From positions 164,003 through 228,002 of the forward strand of contig CAWJEP010000005.1 in NCBI GenBank assembly GCA_963841935.1: a stretch of DNA of 64,000 nucleotides, in the 5' to 3' direction. The notes under the pieces were generated by a model. It was not told the origin of the DNA, searched no databases, and saw only the letters and a program-made list of their open reading frames with translations. Origin of the DNA: an uncultured bacterium. GTDB taxonomy: Bacteria; Patescibacteriota; Minisyncoccia; Phycocordibacterales; UBA6065. Both the position numbers and the translations under genes were made by a program. Position 1 is the first letter of the stretch. Every line of letters begins with the position of its first letter. Shown here piece by piece: positions 1 to 10,372 of this stretch.

Positions 1-1047
1 GACACAATTCTCATCTCCATTCTCATCGTCATCGCCGCAGTAATTCTTTTTTTCCAGATAAAAAATCGCAAGCCGGAAAAAGAGGAGAAACCGGACAAAG
101 CTTTGGATTTGCTGCTTCAGCAGATGAACGAGCTTTCTCGCACCGTCGACCGCAAAATGGGCGAGACGACGAAATCGATGAGTGATTCCATTCATAAGCA
201 ATTTTCCGAATCGGCGAAACTCATCCGCGATGTCACCGAAGGCCTGACCAAGCTCGACGAGACGAACAAGCAGGTCGTGTCTTTCGCCGACCAGCTTCAA
301 TCTCTCCAAGATATTTTTTCCAATCCGAAACAGCGCGGGGTGGTGGGGGAATATTATCTCGAAACGCTTTTGAAAAATGTCTTGCCGCCGGGGAGTTTCG
401 AAATGCAATACGCTTTCAAAGACGGAACGATCGTTGACGCCATTGTCAGAGTCCAGAAAAAAATTATTCCTATTGACTCAAAGTTTTCTTTCGAGAATTA
501 TCAGCGGCTCGTCGAAGAAAGAAATCCGACGGAAAAAGAACGCTTGGAAAAAGATTTCGTCAACGACTTGAAAAACAGAATCGTGGAGACCTCGAAATAC
601 ATCAAGCCCGCCGAAGGCACGATGGATTTCGCTTTTATGTTCATTCCGCACGAGGCGATTTATTACGATTTGCTCACGAACAAAGTGGGCGCGCTCACTG
701 GAGAAAACGAGAACCTTATTCAGAGGGCCGCCGGAAAATACAAAGTCATAATTGTCTCGCCGACATCGTTCCTCGCTTATCTTCAGACGGTTCTCCAGGG
801 ACTTAAAGCCCTTCAAATCGAAGAATCGGCGAAAGAAATCCGCGGCAATGTGGAAACGCTTCAAAAACATTTAATGGGCTACGCCGAGTACCAAGAAAAA
901 CTCGGAAACGCTCTCGGCACGACGGTGAATCATTTCAATGCCTCAAGCAAGCAGTTCCGCCTTATAAACAAAGACGTCATAAAAATCACCGAGAAAGGCA
1001 AGGAATACGAGCCGGACCTCATCGAAAAACCGGAAACGGAGGAATAG
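1..1047 (+). CDS. rmuC: DNA recombination protein RmuC (5' end outside the window)
   Basis: Frame is open from base 1 with a hydrophobic N-terminus (ILISILIVIAAVILFF), then coiled coil and motifs RGVVGE, PIDSKF, DFAFMFIPHEA, VSPTS. Confidence 0.9.
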   Translation, partial: DTILISILIVIAAVILFFQIKNRKPEKEEKPDKALDLLLQQMNELSRTVDRKMGETTKSMSDSIHKQFSESAKLIRDVTEGLTKLDETNKQVVSFADQLQSLQDIFSNPKQRGVVGEYYLETLLKNVLPPGSFEMQYAFKDGTIVDAIVRVQKKIIPIDSKFSFENYQRLVEERNPTEKERLEKDFVNDLKNRIVETSKYIKPAEGTMDFAFMFIPHEAIYYDLLTNKVGALTGENENLIQRAAGKYKVIIVSPTSFLAYLQTVLQGLKALQIEESAKEIRGNVETLQKHLMGYAEYQEKLGNALGTTVNHFNASSKQFRLINKDVIKITEKGKEYEPDLIEKPETEE

Positions 1048-1086
1048 TTGCGATTTTTTCGTATATGTGTAAATATGGCTATTCCT

Positions 1087-1446
1087 ATGGCAACAAAGAA
1101 AACAACTAAAACCGCGACAAATCCGAACGAAATTGCCGTCATTATGACGGGAGGAAAGCAATACAAAGTTTCGCAGGGAAGCGTCCTTAAGATTGAAAAA
1201 ATTCTCGGCGACCACAAAGAAGGCGGCAAACTCGTATTTGACGAAGTTCTAATGACGGATGATGGCACAAAGACAACCGTCGGCACGCCGAAAGTCGCCG
1301 GAGCGAAAGTCGAAGGCGTCATAAAAGAAATCGGACGAAATGCCAAAGTCACGGTCATTCACTACAAGAACAAAAGCCGTTATTACAAGAAAGCCGGTCA
1401 CAGACAGCCATTTTTCAAAGTAGAAATCACCAACATCAAAGCATAA
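1087..1446 (+). CDS. rplU: 50S ribosomal protein L21
   Basis: AVIMTGGKQYKV and GHRQPF motifs; start placed at ATG 1087. Confidence 0.95.
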   Translation: MATKKTTKTATNPNEIAVIMTGGKQYKVSQGSVLKIEKILGDHKEGGKLVFDEVLMTDDGTKTTVGTPKVAGAKVEGVIKEIGRNAKVTVIHYKNKSRYYKKAGHRQPFFKVEITNIKA

Positions 1447-1520
1447 GAAAAGCGGCGGGTATTTTCGAGCGCGTAAGTCGGAGCGAAGCGCACAAGCGAG
1501 AAAATACCCGCCGCTTTTCT
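1446..1520. repeat. Conserved-loop hairpin element, copy 1 (intergenic)
   Basis: Perfect 21-bp arms 1446-1466 and 1500-1520 flank the 33-nt core GAGCGCGTAAGTCGGAGCGAAGCGCACAAGCGA. Confidence 0.9.
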
Positions 1521-1588
1521 ATGGCGATTTTTGTTATTCACAGGCTATCAACATTGGCGATGGCTTATTAAGGTTTATAATGGTTGCC

Positions 1589-1837
1589 ATGCAAGGCAAT
1601 TTTCTCACTATCAAACGCGCGTCCGAACTCCTCGAGGTCACGCCGCTCACTCTTCGCAATTGGGACAAGAACGGCAAACTCTCGGCAAGGCGCCATCCGA
1701 TGAGCAATTATCGTATATACTTGAGAGAAGACATAGAAAAATTAATAAGCGAAATCACCGTGGGCTCAGCGGCTATAAAAGCCAAGCCAAGAAAATCTTT
1801 GAAGAGGAAACTCGTGGTGAGGAGCGTGAGCGATTAA
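1589..1837 (+). CDS. MerR-family helix-turn-helix protein
   Basis: LTIKRASELLEVTPLTLRNWD...NYRIY is a MerR HTH pattern; TATAAT at 1576-1581 lies 7 nt before the ATG. Confidence 0.85.
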   Translation: MQGNFLTIKRASELLEVTPLTLRNWDKNGKLSARRHPMSNYRIYLREDIEKLISEITVGSAAIKAKPRKSLKRKLVVRSVSD

Positions 1838-1857
1838 AAAAATAAAATCATTTCATT

Positions 1858-2850
1858 ATGAAGAAAATACGAGTGGCGATAAACGGTTTCGGCAGGATAG
1901 GCAGGGCATTTTACAAACTCGCAGTGGAGAGAAACGAAATCGAAGTTGTAGCAATAAACGATTTGGGCAATCGCGAGAATATGGAATATCTCTTGAAGTA
2001 CGACAGCGTCTACGGTCAAAGCGCCGTAACTCTCGAAGGCGTGGAATTTCTAAGCGAAAAAGACCCGACGCAATTGCCGTGGAAAAAATTCGACATTGAT
2101 GTCGTCGTCGAATCGACCGGACTTTTCGTCGATTACACCAAAGCCAAAGTCCATCTCGACGCCGGAGCCAAACGCGTCGTCATTACCGCGCCGGCAAAGG
2201 GCGGTATTGAAGGCAAAGACGGCGTGACGGTGCTTATGGGGCTCAATGAAGAGCGATTTAAGACTTGTCCCATAACCTCAAACGCTTCCTGCACGACAAA
2301 CGCCGGAAGCCCGCTTATGGCTATTCTCGATGAAACTATCGGCATAGAAAAAGCCGTCCTCAATACCGTCCACGCCTACACCGCGAGTCAGGCGATAGTT
2401 GACGGACCGGCGAAGAAAGATTTACGCGAGGGCAGGGCGGCGGCGCAAAACATCGTCCCGTCTTCGACCGGCGCGGCCATTGCCGTGACAAAAGCCTTGC
2501 CCCAACTAGAAAATAAATTCGATGGAATATCCATCCGCGTGCCGGTCGTCGTCGGTTCGATTGTCGACATCACATTCATCGCCAAAAGAAACACCACGAA
2601 AGAAGAAGTGAATTCCATTTTGAAAAAAGCCGCGGCAGACGCACGCTGGCAAAATATTTTCACCGTGTCGGAAGAACCACTCGTATCGTCGGATATCAAA
2701 GGTAATCCTCACGCATCCATCGCCGATCTCGAGATGACTCGCGTCGTCGGCGGAAACCTGGTGAAAGTTCTCGGCTGGTACGACAACGAAATGGGATATA
2801 CTCACACTCTAGTCGACCATGTTATCGAAGCGGGAAGTCTCGTAAAATAA
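1858..2850 (+). CDS. gap: Glyceraldehyde-3-phosphate dehydrogenase, type I
   Basis: [18 protein letters not shown] catalytic motif, WYDNE. Confidence 0.97.
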   Translation: MKKIRVAINGFGRIGRAFYKLAVERNEIEVVAINDLGNRENMEYLLKYDSVYGQSAVTLEGVEFLSEKDPTQLPWKKFDIDVVVESTGLFVDYTKAKVHLDAGAKRVVITAPAKGGIEGKDGVTVLMGLNEERFKTCPITSNASCTTNAGSPLMAILDETIGIEKAVLNTVHAYTASQAIVDGPAKKDLREGRAAAQNIVPSSTGAAIAVTKALPQLENKFDGISIRVPVVVGSIVDITFIAKRNTTKEEVNSILKKAAADARWQNIFTVSEEPLVSSDIKGNPHASIADLEMTRVVGGNLVKVLGWYDNEMGYTHTLVDHVIEAGSLVK

Positions 2851-2851
2851 A

Positions 2852-3304
2852 ATGAAGATCTTTATCGGAAGCGACCACGCGGGATTTGAACTTAAGAAAA
2901 CTTTGCTTGAGTATTTAAACGACCTCGGACACGATGTAAGCGACATGGGGGCGAAGAAACTTGACCCTCTCGACGATTATCCGGATTTTATAATTCCGGT
3001 CGCAAAAGAAGTCTCCCACGCGCCAGACAAATTCCGCGGCATCGTCATCGGCGGCTCGGGACAAGGCGAAGCGATGTGCGCCAACAAGGTCTACGGCGTG
3101 CGCGCGGCGGTCTATTACGGAGGGAACTCCGACATCGTGAAGCTATCGCGCGAGCACAATGACGCAAATGTTTTGTCGCTTGGCGCGCGCTTCGTCGGCC
3201 CCGACGAAGCGCGCGCCGCCGTTCGGCTCTGGCTCGATACACCTTTTTCCGGCGACGAGCGACACAAACGGCGAATTTTGAAAATGTATTCGATAAAAAA
3301 ATAA
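2852..3304 (+). CDS. rpiB: Ribose-5-phosphate isomerase B
   Basis: GSDHAG, DDYPD, GGSGQG, EHNDAN, RHKRR. Confidence 0.93.
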   Translation: MKIFIGSDHAGFELKKTLLEYLNDLGHDVSDMGAKKLDPLDDYPDFIIPVAKEVSHAPDKFRGIVIGGSGQGEAMCANKVYGVRAAVYYGGNSDIVKLSREHNDANVLSLGARFVGPDEARAAVRLWLDTPFSGDERHKRRILKMYSIKK

Positions 3305-4017
3305 TGGCCGAAATAATCCCCGCGATTTTGGCGAAAAATTTCGACGAGTTAGACGAATCTCTTTCCTTGATTCGCGGCGTCGCTACTGAAGTCCAAATAG
3401 ATATTTGCGACGGGAGTTTCGTGTCTTCGAAAAGCTGGCCTTTTAACGCTCCTCTAGGCAAAACCGACGAAAATTTCGAGGCCATTGTTTCTCAAGAAGA
3501 AGGAATGCCTTTCTGGCAGGATTTCGATTTTGAGTTCGACATGATGGTCAAAAATCCGCTTCAGAAAATCGCGGATTTCATAGCGCTCGGCGGCGGAAAA
3601 ATCATCGTTCATCTCGACAGTGCCGACGATTCGGAAATTAAAAAAATTTTGGATGAATACGGTGGCGATGACATAAAAGAGTTTGGCGTCGAGATAGGGC
3701 TCGGCGTTAGCGCTACCACCGATATGAAGAGAGCGGAGAAATTTATTCCGCAAGCGGCTTTTGTCCAGTGTATGGGTATAAAGAAAATCGGATTTCAAGG
3801 ACAGAAATTCGACGAGAGCGTCATAGAAAGAGTAAAAACTTTGCGGCAGAAATTTCCGGAACTTATAATATCCGTTGACGGGGGAGTAAATGAAAACAAT
3901 ATCCGCGCGCTCATCGACGCCGGGGCGAATAATTTAATCGTCGGGTCGGCGATTTGGGAATCGGAAACTCCGGGAGAAACGATAAAACATTTTCAAAAAT
4001 TGGCCCGCTTCCGCTAA
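3304..4017 (+). CDS. rpe: Ribulose-phosphate 3-epimerase (divergent)
   Basis: IDICDGSFV, GFQGQKF, VDGGV and VGSAI motifs; lies between rpiB and transketolase. Confidence 0.85.
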   Translation: MAEIIPAILAKNFDELDESLSLIRGVATEVQIDICDGSFVSSKSWPFNAPLGKTDENFEAIVSQEEGMPFWQDFDFEFDMMVKNPLQKIADFIALGGGKIIVHLDSADDSEIKKILDEYGGDDIKEFGVEIGLGVSATTDMKRAEKFIPQAAFVQCMGIKKIGFQGQKFDESVIERVKTLRQKFPELIISVDGGVNENNIRALIDAGANNLIVGSAIWESETPGETIKHFQKLARFR

Positions 4018-4043
4018 AGCTACAACGAGGTAAACAAAATAAA

Positions 4044-4910
4044 ATGAATCTCACGCCGCAAAAAATAAAAGAGCTCGAAGAAAAAGCCAACACCATTCGC
4101 GAATCCATAATCGACATGCTTGTTACGGCCGGCTCCGGCCACACGGCTGGACCTCTCGGCATGGCGGATATTTTCACCGTACTTTATTTTCACACGCTAA
4201 AGCACGACCCGAAAAATACGAAATGGCCCGAGCGCGACCGCCTTGTGCTTTCAAACGGTCACATCTGTCCGGTACTTTACGCCACGATGGCGCACGCGGG
4301 ATATTTTCCTGTTGAAGAATTGGAGACACTCCGCAAATTCGGCTCCCGGCTCCAAGGCCATCCGGAACGCGAATTTTTGCCGATGCTTGAGACAAGTTCA
4401 GGGCCTCTCGGCGAAGGACTTTCGCAAGCCGTCGGTATGGCGATTGCGGACAGGATGGACAATGGGGTCTCGTCCTCAAGACGAATTTATTGTCTGACTT
4501 CCGACGGCGAGCACGACGAAGGCAATACTTGGGAAGCGGTGATGCTCGCGGGAAAAGAAAAGTTGCACAATCTCGTCGCAGTGATGGATAGAAACAACAT
4601 CCAAATAGACGGCTTCACCGAAAACATAATGCCTCTCGATCCGGTCGCCGACAAATACCGCGCTTTCAATTGGCATGTCATAGAAATTGACGGGCACAAT
4701 ATGGAGGAGATAGCGAGCGCTTTCGAAGAAGCGCGAGCGATTTTCGAAAAGCCAACAATGATTATCGCCCACACTATTCCGGGCAAGGGCGTGAAAGAAT
4801 TCGAAAATAAATTCGAATGGCATGGCAAACCGCCGAATCGCGAGGAAGCAAATATGGCCTTGCGCGAGCTTCGCACCCTCGGCGGTAAAATAAAAAGCGA
4901 ACACGAATAA
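4044..4910 (+). CDS. Transketolase, N-terminal (TPP-binding) subunit
   Basis: GSGH, RDRLVLSNGH, LQGHP, SDGE...N TPP motif, KGV...WHG. Confidence 0.93.
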   Translation: MNLTPQKIKELEEKANTIRESIIDMLVTAGSGHTAGPLGMADIFTVLYFHTLKHDPKNTKWPERDRLVLSNGHICPVLYATMAHAGYFPVEELETLRKFGSRLQGHPEREFLPMLETSSGPLGEGLSQAVGMAIADRMDNGVSSSRRIYCLTSDGEHDEGNTWEAVMLAGKEKLHNLVAVMDRNNIQIDGFTENIMPLDPVADKYRAFNWHVIEIDGHNMEEIASAFEEARAIFEKPTMIIAHTIPGKGVKEFENKFEWHGKPPNREEANMALRELRTLGGKIKSEHE

Positions 4911-4911
4911 A

Positions 4912-5910
4912 ATGCTTAATCCTTCACAAAAACTCAATACGAAAATGTTTGACGCTGATGTCGAGCAAATGCCGATACGAAAAGGTTTCGGAGAAGGACT
5001 CGTCGTCGCCAGCGAAGAAAACAAAAATGTCGTTGGGCTTTGCGCCGACCTGACCGAGTCCACGCAGATGTATCTTTTCAAAAATAAATTCCCTGAAAGA
5101 TTCGTCGAGGTCGGCGTCGCCGAACAAAACCTTGCCACAGTCGCGTCAGGCATGGCGGCGATGGGCAAGATTCCTTTCATAAGTTCTTACGGTACTTTTT
5201 CTCCCGGAAGAAATTGGGAACAAATCAGGACGACTATTTGTTTCAACAATCAGCCGGTCAAAATTGCCGGCAACCACACCGGCGTCTCCGTCGGTCCCGA
5301 CGGCGGCACGCATCAGGCGATTGAGGACATCGCCATCGCCCGCGTTTTGCCTCGTATGGTAGTAATTTCGCCTTGCGACGCTCTGGAAGCCAAGAAAGCC
5401 ACTATTGCCGCGGCAAAGACCAACACGCCCGTATACATTCGTCTCGCGCGCGAGAAAACCCCCGTGATGACGACAGACGCGACGCCGTTTGAAATAGGCA
5501 AAGCGCAAGTTTTCTACGACCCGCCGGCGGGGAAGCCGGATGTCGCGATAATCGCCACAGGTGCACTTCTCTATAAAGCCCTCGTCGTTGCGCGCGAATT
5601 TCAAAAAGAAAATATCGGCGTCCGCGTCATAAATCTTTCGACAATCAAACCGCTCGATGAAAAAACGATTTTAAGAGCGGCAAAAGACGCGAAAGCAATA
5701 GTTACCGTCGAAGAACATCAAATCGCCGGCGGTATGGGAAGCGCCGTCGCGGAGTTTCTCTCGGCAGTCTATCCTGTGCCGATGGAACGCATCGGCGTCA
5801 AAGACCAATTCGGCCAAAGCGGCACGCCGGAAGAACTCATCGAACATTACGGTATGGGTGTCACGCACATCAAAGAAGCGGTAAAGAAAGTTTTGAAGAG
5901 AAAAATCTAA
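4912..5910 (+). CDS. Transketolase, C-terminal subunit
   Basis: GVAEQN, GPDGGTHQ, KPLD, EEHQ...GGMGSAV. Confidence 0.93.
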   Translation: MLNPSQKLNTKMFDADVEQMPIRKGFGEGLVVASEENKNVVGLCADLTESTQMYLFKNKFPERFVEVGVAEQNLATVASGMAAMGKIPFISSYGTFSPGRNWEQIRTTICFNNQPVKIAGNHTGVSVGPDGGTHQAIEDIAIARVLPRMVVISPCDALEAKKATIAAAKTNTPVYIRLAREKTPVMTTDATPFEIGKAQVFYDPPAGKPDVAIIATGALLYKALVVAREFQKENIGVRVINLSTIKPLDEKTILRAAKDAKAIVTVEEHQIAGGMGSAVAEFLSAVYPVPMERIGVKDQFGQSGTPEELIEHYGMGVTHIKEAVKKVLKRKI

Positions 5911-6533
5911 GGAAGCGGTTCTTGTTTGCGGCCCGAGAGAGCGTCGGAAAGAGTTTCGCGGTCGATGTATTCGATTTCAGCGCCGGTAGAGAGTCCGCGA
6001 CCGAGAACGGAAACTTTTATTTCGTGTTTTTTGACCGACTCGCGGATTGCGTCTTCGATTGTGGCTCGTGTGTTATCGCCTTCGGGATTGAGGCTCGTGG
6101 CGATAATAATTTCTTTCAAATCCTTTCTGTCTTTATTTATGCGAGAAACCAATTCTTTCGTACGAAGCGGGCTTTGTTTTTTTGCGGAGAAAGCCGACGT
6201 GCCGCCGAGAATAAAATACAAACCTTTGTAGAGATTGGTATTTTCGATACTTTCAAAATCCACATCGCGCGGCAAAACCATCAGTAGGGAATGGTCGCGG
6301 CCGCCATCGGCGCAAATGCCGCAGGCATTTGCGCCGCCTTTGGCTTCAAAAAACCGAAAGCACACGGAGCATTGCCTGACATTTTCGTCCATAAACTCTA
6401 TTTCTTTGACGAAATCTTCGCGGAAAGTTTTGTTTTTATGCAAAAGAAAATAAACGAAGCGTTCGGCTTGGCGCGGGCCGATACCGGGAAATTCGCGGAA
6501 TATTTCTTTGAGCTTTTCGAGCGAGTCAGCCAT
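5907..6533 (-). CDS. recR: Recombination mediator RecR
   Basis: PGIGPRQAER HhH motif, CxxC...CxxC zinc finger, Toprim domain, IEYID; start at ATG 6533. Confidence 0.92.
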   Translation of the reverse strand: MADSLEKLKEIFREFPGIGPRQAERFVYFLLHKNKTFREDFVKEIEFMDENVRQCSVCFRFFEAKGGANACGICADGGRDHSLLMVLPRDVDFESIENTNLYKGLYFILGGTSAFSAKKQSPLRTKELVSRINKDRKDLKEIIIATSLNPEGDNTRATIEDAIRESVKKHEIKVSVLGRGLSTGAEIEYIDRETLSDALSGRKQEPLP

Positions 6534-6534
6534 A

Positions 6535-7913
6535 TTAATTTTCCGCTTGCGCGAATTCTCCGAAATCGGCTTTCTCAATCGGCACGAAAGATGACTTGTC
6601 CTTATCGAAAGAGAGCTGAATCCTGCCGGTCGGGCCGTTCCTGTGTTTCTCAACGAGGATTTCGGTGGTGATGAAACTTTTTTCCCTGTTTTCTTCGCTG
6701 TATTTGTCTTCCTGATGAATAAACATCACGATGTCCGCGTCTTGCTCGATTGAGCCAGAGTCGCGCAAGTCGGAGAGGCGAGGGCGACCGCCGCGGCTTT
6801 CCACGGCGCGGGAAAGCTCGAGAGCGCGAGCACTGGGATATCGAATTCTTTCGCCATTTGTTTGAGCGAGCGGGAAATTTCGGTGATTTGCTGGACCAAG
6901 TTGTCGTTTTTGATGTTCGTCGGCATCATAAGCTGGAGATAGTCGACGATGACGAGGCCGAGCTTGCCTTCACGCTGTAGGCGACGAGCGACGGCGCGCA
7001 TTTTGACGATGCTGTTACTGCTTTGGTCGTCGATGTAAATCGGAGCGGTGGAAAGAGCCGCCAAGCCGTCACGAACAATGCTTAAATCTTTATCGATGTT
7101 TAATTTTCCGGTACGAAGTTTGAAAGCGTTGACGCGCGCTTCGGCGGCGAGCATCCTGTCGACAAGCTGAGGCACGGCCATTTCAAGAGAGAAAATACAA
7201 ACCGGAATCTTGCCGCGCACAGCGACATTTCTCGCGATATCGAGAGCGAGGGATGTTTTACCCATCGAGGGGCGAGCGGCAAGAATAATGAGGTCGGAAG
7301 GCTGAAGGCCGGAGAGGAGGTTGTCTATGTCTCTAAATCCTGTCGGGATGCCGCGCAGAGCGCCTTCGTTGTTGTGAATGTGGTCGAGGCGCTCCCAAGC
7401 TTCGTCAAGAGCGTCTTTGAGATTTATGATCCTGTTTTGCGGCACCATTGCCGAGACGTCGTGAATGATTTTGTTGGCCGCGTCCACTATTTCGTCCACG
7501 TTGCTATCTTCGTCCACGCCGACGTCTTTTATCATTTCTCCGGCTTCTATCATTCGCCTCATCAAAGCTTTCTTGTGGACGATGTCGGCGTAATTTTTTA
7601 TGTTCGAAGTGGACGGCACAGCGGAGACGAGCTCGCCGAGATACGCCGAACCGCCGACGGATTCGAGTTGGCCTTTTTCCGAAAGAAGGTTTGAAAGAGA
7701 GAGTAAATCTATCGGCTCGTTTTTGTTCGAGAGTTCGAAAATAGAATCCCAAATCGTCTTGTGTTTGTTCGAATAGAAAACGTCACCCGTGACAATGTCC
7801 ACGACATCGTGAATAGTGTCGGGTTTGATGATGATAGCGCCAAGCAAAGCGCGCTCGGCTTCGAGAGATTGCGGCGGTGCTTTGAGCAATGCGTCTTTGC
7901 TACGGTCTGCCAT
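6535..7913 (-). CDS. dnaB: Replicative DNA helicase DnaB (one-base frameshift at ~6818, probably an assembly error)
   Basis: AARPSMGKT and VDYLQL in one frame; RPRLSDLRDSGSIEQDAD and KHRNGPTG in another. Restoring one base gives LALSQLSRAVE. Confidence 0.93.
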
Positions 7914-7983
7914 ACATTCATTCTACGCATCTATCTTTGTCGCGCAAAGCCAAAATCTCACAAAAAAGTGAATATGGTGGGGA

Positions 7984-9384
7984 TTAAGATTTTGCTCTGA
8001 CGGATGAGTCTTTTTCCGAATCCAAGACTTCATAGCCGAGTTTTTCGATTTGAATACGGATTTCGTCGGATTTGGCGAAGTCTTTGGCCGCGCGCGCTTT
8101 AGCGCGCGCGGCGAGAAGCTCCGATATTTCTTTCGGAATTTCCGCTTGAGGCGCGAAAAGTTCCAATCCCAATATTTCGTCGGCTGATTTTATGAAAGCA
8201 AGTTTTTCTTTTGCGTCAGCGTCGCTCTCCAACATATTCCAAACCTCAGCGAGAAGTTTCGGCGTATCTAAATCATCCGCGGCGAAGGAAATCGCCAATG
8301 GCGCGCGCGTAGTCTTAGCGGAGTCCTCGGAGCGCACAAGCGCGCCATTGGCGATTTCCGCAGCCTTCGCCTTTAATCTTTTGAACGCATTCGCCGCATT
8401 GTCGAGAGCTTCGAAACTAAAATTGAGCGGCGCGGAATACCTCGCGGTCAAAAGAAAATATCGGTAGGCGAGAGGAGAGTAGCCTTTTTCGACAAGCGTT
8501 GAAAGCGTCAGGAAATTGCCGGCGGATTTCGCCATTTTTCCGCTGTCGATGGTGACGAATGCGTTGTGGATCCAGTAATGTGCGAATTTTTTTCCCGTGG
8601 CGTGTTCCGATTGGGCGATTTCGTTGTTGTGATGGACGGGAATATGGTCGATGCCTCCGGTGTGAATGTCGAAAGTCTCGCCGAGAAATTTCATCGACAT
8701 CGCCGAACATTCTATGTGCCAGCCCGGGTAGCCGAGGCCGAGAGGACTTTTGAAACCCATATGGCCGTCTTTGGAAAATTTCCACAAGGCGAAATCGCGT
8801 GGATTTTTCTTTCCGCCGTCAGCCATTCGCGTCTGACTTTCGCCCAAAGGCGTCAGTCCGCCGAGCCTGCCGTAATCGGAAATTTTTGAAGTGTCAAAAT
8901 ATATTCCGTCGTCCGCGCGGTAAGTCAGACCTTTTTTATCCAACTCTTTGATAAGTTTTAGGTCGGCTTTTAGATAACGGCTCGCGCGCGGGAACTTCGT
9001 GCCTTTGGTTTCGATATTCAAAAGTTTCAAATCATTTTTGAAAGCCGATTCGTATTTGTCGGCAAGTTTCTTTAGTCCATCGAGCGTCATCGGCAAATTT
9101 TCGCGTTTGAGACCTTTGACCATTTTGTCGTCGCCCGAATCGGCGTCGGACGATAGGTGTCCGATGTCGGTAATGTTTATGACTTGTTTTATTTTGTATC
9201 CCGCCGCTTCAAATGTCCGACGCAAAGTATCGGCAAAGACATACGAACGCAAGTTTCCGATATGAGCGAAATCATAGACGGTTGGGCCGCAGTGATACAT
9301 TCCGACCTTGCCATTTTTTATCGGGACGAAAACATCTTTCTTTCCCGAAAGGGAATTTTCCAGTTTTATTTCCTGATATTTCAT
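7984..9384 (-). CDS. cysS: Cysteinyl-tRNA synthetase
   Basis: CGPTVY...HIGN, DFALWK, PGWHIEC, KMAKS. Confidence 0.97.
   Translation of the reverse strand: MKYQEIKLENSLSGKKDVFVPIKNGKVGMYHCGPTVYDFAHIGNLRSYVFADTLRRTFEAAGYKIKQVINITDIGHLSSDADSGDDKMVKGLKRENLPMTLDGLKKLADKYESAFKNDLKLLNIETKGTKFPRASRYLKADLKLIKELDKKGLTYRADDGIYFDTSKISDYGRLGGLTPLGESQTRMADGGKKNPRDFALWKFSKDGHMGFKSPLGLGYPGWHIECSAMSMKFLGETFDIHTGGIDHIPVHHNNEIAQSEHATGKKFAHYWIHNAFVTIDSGKMAKSAGNFLTLSTLVEKGYSPLAYRYFLLTARYSAPLNFSFEALDNAANAFKRLKAKAAEIANGALVRSEDSAKTTRAPLAISFAADDLDTPKLLAEVWNMLESDADAKEKLAFIKSADEILGLELFAPQAEIPKEISELLAARAKARAAKDFAKSDEIRIQIEKLGYEVLDSEKDSSVRAKS
8287..8359. repeat. Conserved-loop hairpin element, copy 2 (in frame inside cysS)
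   Basis: Perfect 20-bp arms 8287-8306 and 8340-8359; core GCGTAGTCTTAGCGGAGTCCTCGGAGCGCACAA; the cysS frame reads LVRSEDSAKTTR. Confidence 0.88.
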
Positions 9385-9385
9385 A

Positions 9386-10300
9386 TTAGAGCCAATCTTT
9401 TTTGGCGAAATACACGAGCATGGAAATGCCGATGATGGCGAGTCCGCCGAGGAGAACCCAGAAATCGTTCGGGGCGCCGAGAGCCGAGCGGGCGATATTG
9501 TCCACGGCGAAAAGTCCGAGGAATATTTGCATCACCGCGGTGATGAAAAGAATGACGGTCAAGACCTTGATGATTTCGTTTTGCTTGTTGGAGAGGAGCG
9601 AGTCGTTGGTGTCGCGCAGTTCGTCGAGAGACTCGGTATAGCCGGCGGCGAGCCGAGAGACTTGAGAATATTCTTTTTGAATCAGTCCCATTTCGTATTC
9701 ATATCCCTTGCCGAAAAAATGCACCGACGCGGCGTGGTAAGCCGAAAGTATGTCATCCTGCAAACCCATAGCTTCGCGAAAAGTGATGAGCTCGCGAGAA
9801 AGTTTCGAAAGTTCGCGCACCATTTCGCGCTCGCGCCCCGCGAACATTTTCTCCTCGATGTCCCCTAGCATATCGCGGGCGGTCGATAGCTCGTCACGCA
9901 GAGACTGATAGATTTCTCGCATCATAAAATAGAAAACGCTGCCGGCGTGCATAACCTCGGTCGCTCTCTTGTTCAAGACTTCGAAAACTTCGAATTTCTT
10001 GGCGAATTTGTGCAAAGCGTCCACCGAATCGTATCTGGCGGTGATGATGAAATCGCGGCCGATAATAAAGTCTATTTCCTGGATTTTACCGCTGTGAGTG
10101 TGTTTCCAAGCGGGAAAATGGAGGACGAGATAAATATACGAGGAATATTTCTCGAGCATTTGGTCGGGAGAAGGGAATAGTAGCTCTTCCGCGACGGCCG
10201 GCTCTATGCCGTAAGTGCTGATGATGAGGCGAATGTCCTCCGGACGCGGTGATTCCATGTCGACCCAAGTGATGTTCTTGTAGCGATAGGTGCGTATCAT
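9386..10300 (-). CDS. CorA-family divalent cation transporter (atypical motif)
   Basis: N-terminal TWVD, YLVLHFP, LLSNKQNEIIKVLT followed by two C-terminal TM helices. Confidence 0.8.
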   Translation of the reverse strand: MIRTYRYKNITWVDMESPRPEDIRLIISTYGIEPAVAEELLFPSPDQMLEKYSSYIYLVLHFPAWKHTHSGKIQEIDFIIGRDFIITARYDSVDALHKFAKKFEVFEVLNKRATEVMHAGSVFYFMMREIYQSLRDELSTARDMLGDIEEKMFAGREREMVRELSKLSRELITFREAMGLQDDILSAYHAASVHFFGKGYEYEMGLIQKEYSQVSRLAAGYTESLDELRDTNDSLLSNKQNEIIKVLTVILFITAVMQIFLGLFAVDNIARSALGAPNDFWVLLGGLAIIGISMLVYFAKKDWL

Positions 10301-10372
10301 GGGAATTATTCTACCACACCGAAAAATCGGCATATCGTTGCGCGAGTGGAAAGCTTTTGCGATAATCATTTT

